Sequence record: SRR22947725_1190
DNA: 44,373 bases
Direction: 5' to 3' (one strand)
A program made the position numbers and the translations under genes. Under the pieces are notes generated by a model. That model worked only from the letters and a program-made list of their open reading frames with translations. It had not been told where the DNA came from and did no database searches. This document shows, in pieces, positions 19,405-30,530 of this stretch; position 1 is the stretch's first letter; every line of letters begins with the position of its first letter.

Positions 19405-20649
19405 TTATTGTAGTTTTTCAATTCTAAGGACAGCGCTTGGGTGAGAGTCATGGAAAGCTGAATAGTATCTATCTGGGGATAATGATGATGAGTTTTCTTT
19501 GTAAAGTTTAATGAGTGAAGATATTAAATCCTTTGCATCAGTATGACTTGCCGCGAAAGCATCTGCCTGAAATTCGTGTTTTCTTGAGACTAGATTACTA
19601 ATTGGAGTAATAAAAAAACTAAAGACTGGAAGGGCTAGACTAAAAAGAACCAATGCTGCGTGTGATGATGGCTCTGAAATTCCTAGTCCATTAAAGAACC
19701 AAGTTTGATTAATAAGATAGCCTAGTAGAGCAAGACTAATAAAGCTGAAGATAAAAGAGCTGATCATTCTTTGACGCGTGTGCTTGTGATGAAAGTGTCC
19801 AAGCTCATGCGCAAGAATTGCCTCAATCTCTTTGTCCTCCATTCCCTTAAGAAGGGTATCAAAGAACACAATTCTTTTGTTCTTGCCTATTCCAGTAAAG
19901 TACGCGTTTCCGTGTGATGATCTTTTAGATCCATCCATGACATAGATACCATCGCTACCAAAGCCAGTTCTTTCTAGAAGACTAGTAATTCTTGTATTAA
20001 GACTTTCATTGTCTAACGGGTTAAATTTGTTAAAGATGGGCGCAATGAAAGAGGGGTAGACCCACATCATGATTAAAGAAAAAAGGCTGATAATAGCCCA
20101 AACATAGATCCACCAATAGTTACCTATTGATTTAATATTCATAAGATAGAGAATAGCGTAAATTAGAGGTAAAACAATAACAAGACTCAGTATAACTTCC
20201 TTAATTAAGTCTCCAGCAAAAGTGTTAACTGTCATGCGATTAAATCCAAATTTTTGCTCCAAAACAAAATTCCTATAAATACTGAAAGGCAGGTCAATAA
20301 AGCTAGCAATGAGCATGATGCTGAGTACAAAAAAAGTACCCATCAATACTGGGTCATTAACTCTTTGAGACCAGTAACCATCGATCCAGTTCATAGCGCC
20401 ACCTAGTGTCCAAACTAGCAGTACCATTGTTGAAAAGATAATCTCAAAATGATTTAACAAAAGCTTTGCTTTTGTATATTTTCCAGCTTTTTGATGATCT
20501 TCAAGCTTTATCGTTTCACTGAAACCATCGGGAACTGCATCAAAGGAATTATCAATCGCCTTGTCTTGTCTAAAATTTAGATAAAGTAAAGCTAGGACCG
20601 AAGTCAAAATTGCGAATAAAAAAATAAATGTAAAAAAATTAAATTCCAT
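19405..20649 (-). CDS. M48 family (Ste24-like) integral membrane zinc metalloprotease
   Basis: DGSKRSSHGNAYFTG, HExxH (AHELGH), EFQADAFA and DSHP, with multiple TM helices. ATG 20649 is preferred. Confidence 0.94.
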   Translation of the reverse strand: MEFNFFTFIFLFAILTSVLALLYLNFRQDKAIDNSFDAVPDGFSETIKLEDHQKAGKYTKAKLLLNHFEIIFSTMVLLVWTLGGAMNWIDGYWSQRVNDPVLMGTFFVLSIMLIASFIDLPFSIYRNFVLEQKFGFNRMTVNTFAGDLIKEVILSLVIVLPLIYAILYLMNIKSIGNYWWIYVWAIISLFSLIMMWVYPSFIAPIFNKFNPLDNESLNTRITSLLERTGFGSDGIYVMDGSKRSSHGNAYFTGIGKNKRIVFFDTLLKGMEDKEIEAILAHELGHFHHKHTRQRMISSFIFSFISLALLGYLINQTWFFNGLGISEPSSHAALVLFSLALPVFSFFITPISNLVSRKHEFQADAFAASHTDAKDLISSLIKLYKENSSSLSPDRYYSAFHDSHPSAVLRIEKLQ

Positions 20650-20870
20650 TTTTATGTACAAATGATCTTAAAAAGTTACAACAAATTATACCCGCTCATT
20701 TATTAGATATTACAAATTGAAATACCGGTAAATTAAATGACAATAATATTCAAAAATAATTCTATAAATAAATTATAAAAAGCCTAAATGAAATCATAGA
20801 TATATGAGATGAATTCTATATGGAGATGGGTATAATTTCGTAATTAAAGTTTTATTAATGAGATTTTGTA

Positions 20871-21800
20871 ATGACAATGGAAGATAGAGATGGCTTCATC
20901 TGGATGGATGGAGAGTGGTTAGATTGGCGAGAAGCAAAGGTTCATGTTTTAACTCACACCCTGCATTATGGTATGGGGGCTTTTGAGGGTGTTAGGGCTT
21001 ATGAAACTGACAATGGGCCAGCAATTTTTAAGCTTGAAGAGCATACCGAGAGACTATTTAATTCAACTCGAATTTTGGGGATGGAAATTCCTTATGATGC
21101 TAAGACGCTTAATCAAGCTCAGAGAGAAGTTGTTACTAAGAATAATCTTAAGTCTGCCTACATTAGACCAATGTGTTTCTATGGCTCTGAGGGTATGGGT
21201 CTTAGGGCAGATAACTTAAAAGTCCACACAATGATTGCTGCATGGGAATGGGGAGCTTACTTGGGCGAAGACAATATGAAAAACGGGATAAGAATTAGAA
21301 CATCTTCTTTTGTCAGGCATCCGGCCCATCCTTCTCTGAGCGGTGCTAAAACAAATGGAAATTATGTTAACTCTATGATGGCCCTAAAGGAGGCACTTGA
21401 TCATGGATTTGATGAGGCTTTAATGCTGGATATTGATGGTTATGTGTCTGAAGGGAGTGGTGAGAATATTTTCGTCATTAAAGACGATGTTATTTATACT
21501 CCTCATTTGACATCAGCCCTCCCTGGTATTACGAGAGATACGATTTTTACTTTGGCAAAGTCATTAGGCTATAACATTATTGAAAAGAAACTCTCTTGTG
21601 ATGAAATATACGTCTCAGAGGAGGCTTTCTTTACTGGAACTGCGGCAGAGGTAACCCCCATTAGAGATCTTGATGGAAATCAAATTGGTCAGGGGGCTCG
21701 TGGACCAGTTACTGAAAAGCTACAGTCACTATATTTTGATTGTGTTCATGGGCGAAACAGTGACTTTAATCACTGGATAGATAGTGGAAGGTGTTTGTGA
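20871..21800 (+). CDS. ilvE: Branched-chain amino acid aminotransferase
   Basis: THTLHYGMGAFEG, AKTNGNY (PLP Lys), EGSGENIF, LPGITR and FTGTAAEVTPI. Confidence 0.96.
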   Translation: MTMEDRDGFIWMDGEWLDWREAKVHVLTHTLHYGMGAFEGVRAYETDNGPAIFKLEEHTERLFNSTRILGMEIPYDAKTLNQAQREVVTKNNLKSAYIRPMCFYGSEGMGLRADNLKVHTMIAAWEWGAYLGEDNMKNGIRIRTSSFVRHPAHPSLSGAKTNGNYVNSMMALKEALDHGFDEALMLDIDGYVSEGSGENIFVIKDDVIYTPHLTSALPGITRDTIFTLAKSLGYNIIEKKLSCDEIYVSEEAFFTGTAAEVTPIRDLDGNQIGQGARGPVTEKLQSLYFDCVHGRNSDFNHWIDSGRCL

Positions 21801-21979
21801 GCTCTACCTACTCATATGAAGGTGCAACAAAGATAGTTTCGAAGAAAGATCTGCCTGCCCACTGTCCACCCAAAGACTCTTCAAAGTGGAATATGCATCC
21901 AAAAGTTTTTTTATCATTTGATGATCATGGCAAAGTGAGTTGTCCATACTGTGGAGCAAAATATAAACTGGACTCATAG
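21797..21979 (+). CDS. Small zinc-finger (zf-CHCC-like) protein
   Basis: C-P...W-N-M-H-P-K-V-F-L...C-P-Y-C pattern. GTG 21797 overlaps the ilvE stop (GTGA); GTG 21791 is an alternative start. Confidence 0.82.
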   Translation: MSSTYSYEGATKIVSKKDLPAHCPPKDSSKWNMHPKVFLSFDDHGKVSCPYCGAKYKLDS

Positions 21980-21995
21980 TTTAGTATTTTAAAAA

Positions 21996-22517
21996 ATGCA
22001 AACAAATCTAAATACTGTTGTTTTAGTTGGACCAATGGGATCAGGTAAAACAACCGTTGGAAGACGACTATCTGAAAAGTTAGGCGTTAATTTTTATGAT
22101 GCAGATCATGAAATTATTGACAAGACTGGTGTGAGTATTGACCACATATTTGATGTTGAGGGAGAAGAGGGCTTTCGTAAAAGAGAGTCTGATGTTTTAA
22201 AGGAGTTATGCAGCAAAGATAACATTGTTTTGGCTACTGGAGGTGGCGCAGTTATATCCAAAGAAAATAGGTTTGAAATTTCAAAAACTGGTTCGGTTAT
22301 ATACCTTCTATCCTCCGTTGATCAAATTTTAAGAAGAACAGCAAAATCTAAAACAAGACCTTTGCTAGAAAAGAGCTCTAATAAAAGAAAAACAATTACT
22401 GACATTATCGAGGCAAGAGATCCACTCTATAGGGAAATAGCAACCATTATTATTGATACAAATGGAAAGAAACTGAATGAAGTTATTCATGAAATATTAA
22501 AACATTTACAAAGATAA
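21996..22517 (+). CDS. aroK: Shikimate kinase
   Basis: GPMGSGKTT, EGEEGFR, ATGGG, RPLL and RDPLY. Confidence 0.96.
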   Translation: MQTNLNTVVLVGPMGSGKTTVGRRLSEKLGVNFYDADHEIIDKTGVSIDHIFDVEGEEGFRKRESDVLKELCSKDNIVLATGGGAVISKENRFEISKTGSVIYLLSSVDQILRRTAKSKTRPLLEKSSNKRKTITDIIEARDPLYREIATIIIDTNGKKLNEVIHEILKHLQR

Positions 22518-22629
22518 TTTTTTTTAAGCTCTTTTTTCCTAAACTTCATCAAAACTTCACTAAAATGTAAGTTTGATGCTCTAAACTATAGATTTTTTAT
22601 TGTTGAACTTGTACCAAAGGGGGTAAATC

Positions 22630-24006
22630 ATGTTTAAAAGAATTTTTCTATCTGTATTTGTTGTTTCATCTTTCAACGTTAGTGCTATAACGTTGGATGA
22701 TTTCAGTACTCAACTTGTTGAAAGTCACCCTTATTTCGTTCAGTTATCCCTCTCAGAAAAAACGAGTCTAATCAATCAGAAGTCACTTTCTATTTATACA
22801 GATTGGAACATTAATGCAGGTGCAAGTGAAACATATACCGGGGGTGATGATTCAGCTTCAAGGCTTTACGACGACCTCTACTCAACTAAATACGAAATTG
22901 GTGCAAACAGAAAAGTTTCACATTCAGGCGCAACTGTCAATTTAAAGCATTCACTGACTCGAAATGATAAGGACAGTAATGCGACGCATTCAAACCTTTT
23001 TTCAATTACCTACGCAAGGCCCTTACTTCAGAACAAGGATGGTCTTAACGACAAACTTAATCTGGATCTTGCTTCTATCGATTTGATAGCTTTAAAGGTC
23101 AGTCTTGAAGAGCAGGCGGAAAATTTTCTAGCATCCAAGCTATCTAAATTTGTTGATTTGGCTTTAAAGCAAGAAGTGGTTAAAAAACACAAAATTGCAC
23201 TCGAATTATCCAAGGAGCAACTCAATCTCGCAGAAGATAAATTTAAAAATTCTCTCATTGATATAACTGTCCTTATTCAAGAAAAAGATAATTATGTGAA
23301 AGCAAGACAACAATCGCTTCAATCTAATAAGGAGCTCATTATTGAGAGGCGTGAGCTTGCTGATTTAATAGGTGCTAAAGAGTCTGACATGATCGTTGAG
23401 ATGGATTTATTTAAGGAGCAATCGTTAAGTGATGTAAACCCTAGAGAGTTTGTGAAAAATTCTAGAGCTATTCAAAAGTTTGATTTTGATAAAGCTAAGC
23501 TTCAAAGAGAGCTTCAGTCACAAGAAAATAAAACAATGCCAAATGTTAATCTGAATCTAGGGCTTTCATCTCTTGGTGAAAACGACAAGGTTTTTGGTAG
23601 CTTTGGTAATAGAGATTATTCATGGAATGTTGGGGTAGATGTCTCTTACCCACTCGGCTCACGAAAAGAGCTTCTCGCAGTTGAAAATACTGAAATAAAG
23701 ATGTCGGATATTGAGGCAAAAAAACGTGAAGCTGAAATTAATAGTATTCAACAAATTAATTATCTCCTAGCGCAGGTGGATTTATTAACTGAGCTAGTAG
23801 CACTTTATCTAGAGCAGGGTGCATTAGCTGAAGAAAAGGTTATAGAAGAGCAAATTAAATTCAGTGAGGCGAGGGGTCAGAAGTCATTAGTGCTTGCTGC
23901 AAAGAGCAGTGCAAACCTTGCAAACCTGACTTACCTTCAGGCAGCAGGAACATATCAAAAAATAGTTATTGATTACAAGGCAGCGATTGATCAACTTTAT
24001 AACTAA
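22630..24006 (+). CDS. TolC-family outer membrane efflux protein
   Basis: Signal peptide and two repeats of beta-strand pairs followed by long helices (e.g. YARPLLQN, WNVGVDVSYPLG). No cognate transporter is adjacent. Confidence 0.8.
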   Translation: MFKRIFLSVFVVSSFNVSAITLDDFSTQLVESHPYFVQLSLSEKTSLINQKSLSIYTDWNINAGASETYTGGDDSASRLYDDLYSTKYEIGANRKVSHSGATVNLKHSLTRNDKDSNATHSNLFSITYARPLLQNKDGLNDKLNLDLASIDLIALKVSLEEQAENFLASKLSKFVDLALKQEVVKKHKIALELSKEQLNLAEDKFKNSLIDITVLIQEKDNYVKARQQSLQSNKELIIERRELADLIGAKESDMIVEMDLFKEQSLSDVNPREFVKNSRAIQKFDFDKAKLQRELQSQENKTMPNVNLNLGLSSLGENDKVFGSFGNRDYSWNVGVDVSYPLGSRKELLAVENTEIKMSDIEAKKREAEINSIQQINYLLAQVDLLTELVALYLEQGALAEEKVIEEQIKFSEARGQKSLVLAAKSSANLANLTYLQAAGTYQKIVIDYKAAIDQLYN

Positions 24007-24008
24007 AA

Positions 24009-24851
24009 ATGATTCGCCTCTTTCTAGCCTTTACTTCTTTTTTGCCACTAAAGACTAACCATTCGTTTGGTTCTTTTATTGGTTATCTTCTATATTTATT
24101 TAATTCAGAAGCAAAAAGTGTTTCAAAACAAAACTTAGAGATTTGTTTTCCAAGTTTGAGTGAATTGGAACTTAAGTCACTTTTAAAAAAAGTATTAACT
24201 GAAACAGGTAAAGGATTGACTGAGTCTGGCCTCATATGGAATCAAAACTTTACAGATAATGCAAAGCTCGTTAGAAATATTAATGGCGAGCACTATCTTG
24301 ACAGTTCAAAAAAAACAATTCTGTTAGTTCCTCACATAGGTTGTTGGGAAATAACAGGCAGGGTTCTTGCTGAAAAAAGAAATGTGACCTTTATGTATAG
24401 GCCTCTCAGGAGTAATAAGCAGAATGAATACTTGTTTTCTAGAAGAAATCAAGGCAATCTAACAATGGCTAGTGCAGATAAGCTTGGAATCTTAAAAATC
24501 CAAAGGGCGCTTAACAATGGCGATTTAGTTGGGATGCTTCCTGATCAAGACCCAGGTAAAGAGGGTGGCTTAATGGTTCCTTTTTTTGGAAAGATGGTTA
24601 ATACAATGACTTTGCTTGCAAGAATAGCTAAAAAACAGAATGCACAGGTCTTGATGTTTTGGGCTGAGAGACTTGTTGATGGCCAAGGTTATGATTTGAA
24701 TATAGAGCCAGTTGATCTTAATGCAAATGGCGATAATTTAGAGGAAAGAGTAGGACAAATGAATCAGTCTATTGAGTCTCTTATTAGAAAGCAACCTGAA
24801 CAGTACATGTGGAGTTACAGAAGATTTAAATCATCACACTCTTATATCTAA
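24009..24851 (+). CDS. Lipid A biosynthesis acyltransferase (LpxL/HtrB family)
   Basis: PHIGCWE (HX4E), LPDQDP, VPFFG and PEQYMWSYRRFK. Confidence 0.9.
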   Translation: MIRLFLAFTSFLPLKTNHSFGSFIGYLLYLFNSEAKSVSKQNLEICFPSLSELELKSLLKKVLTETGKGLTESGLIWNQNFTDNAKLVRNINGEHYLDSSKKTILLVPHIGCWEITGRVLAEKRNVTFMYRPLRSNKQNEYLFSRRNQGNLTMASADKLGILKIQRALNNGDLVGMLPDQDPGKEGGLMVPFFGKMVNTMTLLARIAKKQNAQVLMFWAERLVDGQGYDLNIEPVDLNANGDNLEERVGQMNQSIESLIRKQPEQYMWSYRRFKSSHSYI

Positions 24852-24916
24852 TTGTTGTAATTGTTATTTCAATGCAGTGAAATCTCACTAGTTGCAATAA
24901 TGGTATAATTCTTTGC

Positions 24917-25591
24917 ATGAAAATTATCGAAGATGTGCGCAGCGTATTTGCTCGAGATCCTGCTGCAAGAAATGTATTTGAAGTATTAACTTGTTATTCA
25001 GGCGTACAGGCAGTTTTATTCTATCGATTAACTCACTTTTTATGGCGTTATAGGCTTTATTGGCTAGCGCGATTTATCTCTACATTTGCACGCTGGGTAA
25101 CGGGTATTGAAATTCATCCAGGCGCCGTTATTGGAAGGCGTTTTTTCATCGACCATGGTATGGGTGTTGTGATTGGCGAGACTGCAATCATTGGTGATGA
25201 TTGTATGCTTTATCACGGCGTAACTTTAGGAGGTACGACTTGGGACAAAGTAAAGCGTCATCCCACGCTAAAAAATGGCGTTGTTATAGGTGCAGGTGCC
25301 AAGATACTTGGACCTATAATACTTGGCGAAAATGTACGAGTTGGCTCTAACTCTGTTGTAGTTAGGTCGATTGATGATAACGAAACAGTTGTTGGAATAC
25401 CAGGCAGGATTGTAAGAAAGAAGGCGGAAGATGGAGACTCTTTCGATTCTTACGCGGCCAACTCCTCGGGGACATCTAATGACCCTACAATTCAGGCCGT
25501 TAATTCACTTATTGAGCGCCTCGCTGAGATGGAGGAAAGATTAGATAATGCAAGTCCTAAATCGAACTCTAATAATATTGAAAATAAGTAA
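24917..25591 (+). CDS. cysE: Serine O-acetyltransferase
   Basis: [28 protein letters not shown] and KRHPTL hexapeptide repeats. Confidence 0.96.
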   Translation: MKIIEDVRSVFARDPAARNVFEVLTCYSGVQAVLFYRLTHFLWRYRLYWLARFISTFARWVTGIEIHPGAVIGRRFFIDHGMGVVIGETAIIGDDCMLYHGVTLGGTTWDKVKRHPTLKNGVVIGAGAKILGPIILGENVRVGSNSVVVRSIDDNETVVGIPGRIVRKKAEDGDSFDSYAANSSGTSNDPTIQAVNSLIERLAEMEERLDNASPKSNSNNIENK

Positions 25592-25607
25592 GTTTTAGTT
25601 GAAATAA

Positions 25608-25641
25608 ATACTTGACTAAATTAGTTGGTTAATAGTATAAT
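25608..25641 (+). promoter_or_regulatory. IscR type-1 binding site overlapping the isc promoter
   Basis: ATACTTGACTAAATTAGTTGGTTAA (25608-25632) fits the ATASYYGACTRWWWYAGTCRRSTAT-type consensus. -35 TTGACT at 25612 and -10 TATAAT at 25636. Confidence 0.8.
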
Positions 25642-25669
25642 CTGCTCTTTTATTTAGACAGAGATTCTT

Positions 25670-26098
25670 ATGCAATTAACCACTAAAGGAAGGTATGCGG
25701 TTACAGCTATGTTGGATTTAGCTTCTAACGAATCCACAAGGCCGGTTACCCTTGATATGATTTCACAAAGGCAAAATATTTCACTCTCTTATCTTGAGCA
25801 GCTGTTTGCTAAACTTAGAAAAGCATCACTTGTCAAAAGTGTCAGAGGCCCTGGTGGTGGATATTTACTCAATGTCAATGCAGAAGAGGTTACTCTTACT
25901 CAAATTATTGAAGCTGTTGATGAAAACATCGATCTTAGACGTTGTCATGGCTCAAAAGACTGCAATAGGGGAAAGCAATGTCTCTCTCATCACTTATGGT
26001 GCGAAGTTAGTGATCAAATTAGAGGTTTCTTGAGTACTCGAAATCTTCAGCAAGTGATGGATGACTATCAACTCACCCAATCACTCAATGTCAATTAA
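25670..26098 (+). CDS. iscR: Fe-S cluster assembly transcriptional regulator IscR
   Basis: LTTKGRYAV, SLSYLEQLF, SVRGPGGGY and the C-x5-C-x5-C-x2-H cluster ligands. Confidence 0.95.
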   Translation: MQLTTKGRYAVTAMLDLASNESTRPVTLDMISQRQNISLSYLEQLFAKLRKASLVKSVRGPGGGYLLNVNAEEVTLTQIIEAVDENIDLRRCHGSKDCNRGKQCLSHHLWCEVSDQIRGFLSTRNLQQVMDDYQLTQSLNVN

Positions 26099-26117
26099 TA
26101 TTTAAAGGAATATATAC

Positions 26118-27332
26118 ATGCTTACACCAACATACATGGACTATTCATCAACGACTCCAGTTGATGCTCGCGTTGCCAAGAAAATGGCTAAATACTTAAC
26201 TATGGAAGGAGATTTTGGTAATGCCGCTTCTCGCTCTCATTATTTTGGCTGGCAGGCAGAAAAGGCTGTCGATGAGGCTCGCTCTCAGGTTGCTGATCTA
26301 GTAGGTGCTGACCCAAGAGAAATTGTTTGGACTTCAGGCGCTACAGAGTCTAATAATTTAGCGCTGAAAGGTATCGCTCATTTTTATCAGAAACGTGGTA
26401 AGCACATTATTACCCTTAAAACAGAGCACAAGGCAGTACTTGATACATGCCGTCAACTCGAGAGAGAGGGTTTTGAAGTTACGTATTTAGATCCTTTGCC
26501 TAATGGATTATTAGATATAGATCTCTTCAAGAAGACGATTAGAGAGGATACAATACTTGCTTCATTTATGCATGTCAATAATGAAATTGGTGTAATCCAA
26601 GATCTTCAGACTATTGGTGATATTTGTAGAGAAAACAAAGTTTTCTTCCATGTTGATGCTGCGCAGTCGGTTGGTAAGATTGAAATTGATTTGACAGCTC
26701 TTCCTGTGGACTTAATGAGTTTTTCAGCACACAAAATCTATGGTCCAAAGGGCATGGGAGCGCTATATGTGTCTAGAAAACCTAGAGTTCGTCTTGAGGC
26801 TCAAATTCATGGCGGTGGTCACGAGCGTGGAATGCGCTCTGGAACATTGGCAACCCATCAAATAGTTGGAATGGGTGAGGCATTTGCGATTGCTAAAGCC
26901 GAGATGAAAGAGGAGCATGCTAGAACACTTAAACTGAGACAAAGGCTCTACGCCGGTTTTTCAGACATGGAAGAAGTTGTTGTCAATGGTGATCTTGATC
27001 AAAGGATTGCAGGCAATCTAAATATTAGTTTTAATTACGTTGAGGGTGAGTCTCTTATGATGGCGATCTCTGATGTTGCGGTCTCATCTGGATCTGCTTG
27101 CACATCTTCTAGCCTTGAGCCTTCATATGTTCTGCGAGCTCTGGGTCTGAGTGATGAATTGGCGCATAGCTCGATTCGCTTCAGTGTAGGAAGATACACA
27201 ACAGAAAAAGATGTCGATGATGCAATTACTCTTGTAAGAGAGAAAGTTGAAAAATTAAGAGATTTGTCCCCTTTATGGGACATGTTTAAGGATGGTATCG
27301 ATTTAAATTCAGTGGAGTGGGCAGCTCACTAA
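26118..27332 (+). CDS. iscS: Cysteine desulfurase IscS
   Basis: [18 protein letters not shown] (PLP Lys), SSGSACTS and C-terminal LSPLW...EW. Confidence 0.98.
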   Translation: MLTPTYMDYSSTTPVDARVAKKMAKYLTMEGDFGNAASRSHYFGWQAEKAVDEARSQVADLVGADPREIVWTSGATESNNLALKGIAHFYQKRGKHIITLKTEHKAVLDTCRQLEREGFEVTYLDPLPNGLLDIDLFKKTIREDTILASFMHVNNEIGVIQDLQTIGDICRENKVFFHVDAAQSVGKIEIDLTALPVDLMSFSAHKIYGPKGMGALYVSRKPRVRLEAQIHGGGHERGMRSGTLATHQIVGMGEAFAIAKAEMKEEHARTLKLRQRLYAGFSDMEEVVVNGDLDQRIAGNLNISFNYVEGESLMMAISDVAVSSGSACTSSSLEPSYVLRALGLSDELAHSSIRFSVGRYTTEKDVDDAITLVREKVEKLRDLSPLWDMFKDGIDLNSVEWAAH

Positions 27333-27399
27333 ATTAAGAGATATTTAAAATCTACAGCAAGCTGTAGCGTAAAATTGTCAGTTAAATTCGGAGTAACTT

Positions 27400-27780
27400 A
27401 TGGCATATGGTAAAAAAGTTTTGGATCACTATGAAAACCCGAGAAATGTTGGGGTTTTAGATAAAGATGCAAACAATGTAGGAACTGGTATGGTTGGTGC
27501 GCCAGCTTGTGGTGATGTAATGCGACTTCAAATTCAGGTTAATGATGATGGCGTTATTGAAGAGGCTAAGTTTAAAACTTATGGCTGTGGTTCGGCAATT
27601 GCTTCATCTTCCCTTTTAACAGAATGGGTTAAGGGAAAGACTTTGGATGAAGCGTCACAAATTAAAAATACAGAAATTGTTGAAGAGTTAGAGTTGCCAC
27701 CGGTAAAAATTCATTGCTCGGTGTTGGCTGAAGATGCAATTAAAGCGGCAATTAATGATTTAAAGAGCAAGGCTAACTAA
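27400..27780 (+). CDS. iscU: Fe-S scaffold IscU
   Basis: GAPACGDVM, KTYGCGSAIASSS and LPPVKIHCS. Confidence 0.98.
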   Translation: MAYGKKVLDHYENPRNVGVLDKDANNVGTGMVGAPACGDVMRLQIQVNDDGVIEEAKFKTYGCGSAIASSSLLTEWVKGKTLDEASQIKNTEIVEELELPPVKIHCSVLAEDAIKAAINDLKSKAN

Positions 27781-27783
27781 TCA

Positions 27784-28107
27784 ATGGCAATAACGTTAAC
27801 AAGTAAAGCAGCAGAGCGTATGAGCGATTATCTTGCTAATCGCGGCTCAGGTGTCGGTGTCAGGCTCTCTGTTCAAACAACAGGGTGCTCAGGCCTTGGT
27901 TACAACATGGAGTTTGTTGATGCTGTTAATGAAGACGATACAACCTTTAATGATAAGGGTGTTAAAGTTATTGTAGATGCTAAAAGTTTGATTTATATTG
28001 ATGGCACTGAAGTTGATTACCAAAAAGAAGGCCTCAATGAAGGCTTTGAATTTAACAATCCAAACTCGAAAGCAGAGTGTGGCTGTGGTGAGTCCTTTAC
28101 CGTCTAA
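27784..28107 (+). CDS. iscA: Fe-S A-type carrier IscA
   Basis: TTGCSG and ECGCGESF. Confidence 0.96.
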   Translation: MAITLTSKAAERMSDYLANRGSGVGVRLSVQTTGCSGLGYNMEFVDAVNEDDTTFNDKGVKVIVDAKSLIYIDGTEVDYQKEGLNEGFEFNNPNSKAECGCGESFTV

Positions 28108-28140
28108 ATAGCTTTATTGGGTCATTAGGACATTGACTTT

Positions 28141-28656
28141 ATGCAAAATTACTTTGAGTTATTTGACCTCGAGACCTCCTTCTTTATTAGTGATTCCAAT
28201 CTAAAGGACTCTTATCGCAGAGAGATTGCCCGCTTTCATCCTGATAAATACGCTTCAAAAACAGACTCTGAAAAATTACAGGCACTTCAAAATACCTCGC
28301 TTTTAAATACAGCTTTTGATTCGATTAAATCTCCACTGAATAGGGCAAGCTATCTGCTTAAGCTTGATGGAATCGATCCTTTTGATGGAAAAGATACCTC
28401 TATGGCTCATGACTTTCTAATATCACAGATAGAGTTACGTGAAGAGCTTGAGGTGATTGAATCAAAGACAGATTCAGATCAATTAGAAGATTTTATATTG
28501 AGAATAGAGTCTCATATTCAATCTAAGGTAGAGTCAATTTCTAATGCGTTTCAAGTTAATAGCGATAGCTTGCAGATTAAAAAAGATGTCAGAGAACTCA
28601 AGTTCTATGAGCAGCTAGCAAAAGAAACTGGCAAGCTTCTTGATGAATGGTTATAA
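28141..28656 (+). CDS. hscB: Fe-S co-chaperone HscB
   Basis: NYFELF, J-domain HPD and PLNRASYLL; isc operon context. Confidence 0.95.
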   Translation: MQNYFELFDLETSFFISDSNLKDSYRREIARFHPDKYASKTDSEKLQALQNTSLLNTAFDSIKSPLNRASYLLKLDGIDPFDGKDTSMAHDFLISQIELREELEVIESKTDSDQLEDFILRIESHIQSKVESISNAFQVNSDSLQIKKDVRELKFYEQLAKETGKLLDEWL

Positions 28657-28667
28657 GGACTAAATAG

Positions 28668-30521
28668 ATGGCACTGTTGCAAATTTCTGAACCGGGACAA
28701 TCAACGGCTCCCCATCGCCATAATTTAGCCTGCGGCATTGACTTGGGAACCACAAATTCATTGGTTGCAACTGTGATGAGCGGTGAAACAAAGCTTTTGC
28801 CTGATATTAATGGTAATTCAATGCTGCCATCTGTAGTCCATTGCGGCATTAATGGAATAAGCGTTGGAGTTGAGGCTCTTGCCCTTGCAACAAGTGATCC
28901 GGTGAATACGATTTCTTCGATTAAGCGTTTTATGGGTATTAGTTCTAATGAGGCCCAGTCGATTAAAAATCTCCCTTATGATTTAGTTGGTCAGGGTGGA
29001 GGAGCGTTATTTAAAACAGCAATGGGTGAGCTCTCTGCAGTTGAGATTTCAGCGAAAATTCTCTCAAGTCTTAAAAAAAGAGCTGAAGATGCCCTTGGTG
29101 ATGAGCTTAAAGGTGCAGTCATTACCGTTCCTGCCTACTTTAACGATGCACAAAGGCAATCTACAAAGGATGCTGCTAAGCTTGCTGGTATTAATGTCTT
29201 AAGGCTTCTTAATGAGCCAACAGCTGCCGCAATCGCTTATGGTTTAGAGTCAAAAGAAGAGGGAATACATGCGGTCTATGATTTAGGGGGTGGGACCTTT
29301 GATATTTCAATCTTAAGTTTTAATAGAGGTGTTTTTGAAGTTTTGTCTACAGGCGGTGATTCGAGCTTAGGGGGTGATGATTTTGACAACCTAATTTTTG
29401 AAGATTGCGTAAAATCACTAAACCTTAAAGATTTGACTGCATCACAAATTCAAGTCATCAGGCAACTTTCAAAATCTGCAAAAGAGAAGCTTTCCGTGAG
29501 TGATAGCGCTGAATTTAAACTAGGCGATCAACACTATAAAATAACGCAATCTCAATTTGTGGTCTTGTCTGAACAGCTTGTTAAGAGAACCATTCAAATC
29601 ACAAAAAGAGCTTTCAGAGATGCTGAGATTAATGCCTCTGATGTGAAAGAAGTCATTATGGTTGGTGGCTCAACCCGAATGAACATCATTAGAGAGCGCG
29701 TTAGTGATGTGTTTGGAAAACCAGTGCTCTGTTCGATTAATCCCGATGAGGTAGTCGCGAAGGGCGCCGCAATCCAGGCTAATATTTTGGCTGGCAACAA
29801 AAGCAAAGATGATGTCTTACTGCTCGATGTACTTCCGTTATCCTTGGGGCTCGAGACAATGGGCGGTCTCGTTGAGAAAGTCATTCATAGAAATACAACT
29901 ATTCCAATCACAAGGGCTCAAGAATTTACGACCTACAAAGATGGTCAAACTGGTATGGGTATTCATGTATATCAGGGTGAGAGAGAGCTTACAAAGGATT
30001 GCCGCTCACTGGGACGCTTTGAGCTTAAAGGGATTCCTCCTATGGTTGCTGGGCGCGCAAGAATTCTAGTAGAGTTTCAGGTGGATGCAGATGGCCTATT
30101 ATCAGTCTCCGCCCAAGAGGAGACCTCAGGCGTTAAATCAGAGATAGAAATCAAGCCTTCATTCGGCCTGAGTGATAAGGATATGGAAAAAATGCTCCAA
30201 GACTCTGTCGTCTTTGCCCAGGAAGATATCTTATTAAGACAGCTCCAAGAGCAAAGAGTGGATGCAACAAGGACAATTGAGGCTATAGATGCAGCGCTTG
30301 AAGCTGATCAATCACTACTTGATGAAGAAATGTTAGCCTCTATTAAGGGTGCGAGACAAAGCTTGTTCTTGCTTGTTGACTCTGAAGATGCAGCAATTAT
30401 CAAAGAGGCTACACTAGAACTTGAAAATGTGAGTGCTAAATTCGTTGAAATGAGAATGAACAAATCAATCATGAGCGCAATGAAAGGCCACAGAATTGAT
30501 GAATTTAATGAACAACTATAA
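28668..30521 (+). CDS. hscA: Fe-S chaperone HscA (Hsp70 family)
   Basis: [29 protein letters not shown] and [10 protein letters not shown]. Confidence 0.97.
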   Translation: MALLQISEPGQSTAPHRHNLACGIDLGTTNSLVATVMSGETKLLPDINGNSMLPSVVHCGINGISVGVEALALATSDPVNTISSIKRFMGISSNEAQSIKNLPYDLVGQGGGALFKTAMGELSAVEISAKILSSLKKRAEDALGDELKGAVITVPAYFNDAQRQSTKDAAKLAGINVLRLLNEPTAAAIAYGLESKEEGIHAVYDLGGGTFDISILSFNRGVFEVLSTGGDSSLGGDDFDNLIFEDCVKSLNLKDLTASQIQVIRQLSKSAKEKLSVSDSAEFKLGDQHYKITQSQFVVLSEQLVKRTIQITKRAFRDAEINASDVKEVIMVGGSTRMNIIRERVSDVFGKPVLCSINPDEVVAKGAAIQANILAGNKSKDDVLLLDVLPLSLGLETMGGLVEKVIHRNTTIPITRAQEFTTYKDGQTGMGIHVYQGERELTKDCRSLGRFELKGIPPMVAGRARILVEFQVDADGLLSVSAQEETSGVKSEIEIKPSFGLSDKDMEKMLQDSVVFAQEDILLRQLQEQRVDATRTIEAIDAALEADQSLLDEEMLASIKGARQSLFLLVDSEDAAIIKEATLELENVSAKFVEMRMNKSIMSAMKGHRIDEFNEQL

Positions 30522-30530
30522 AATACTAAT

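Noticed and set aside
20794-20828. TCATA-N4-TATGA palindrome and TATATG(G)AGATG repeat upstream of ilvE
   Set aside because: Short and AT-rich, with no second occurrence or assignable regulator.
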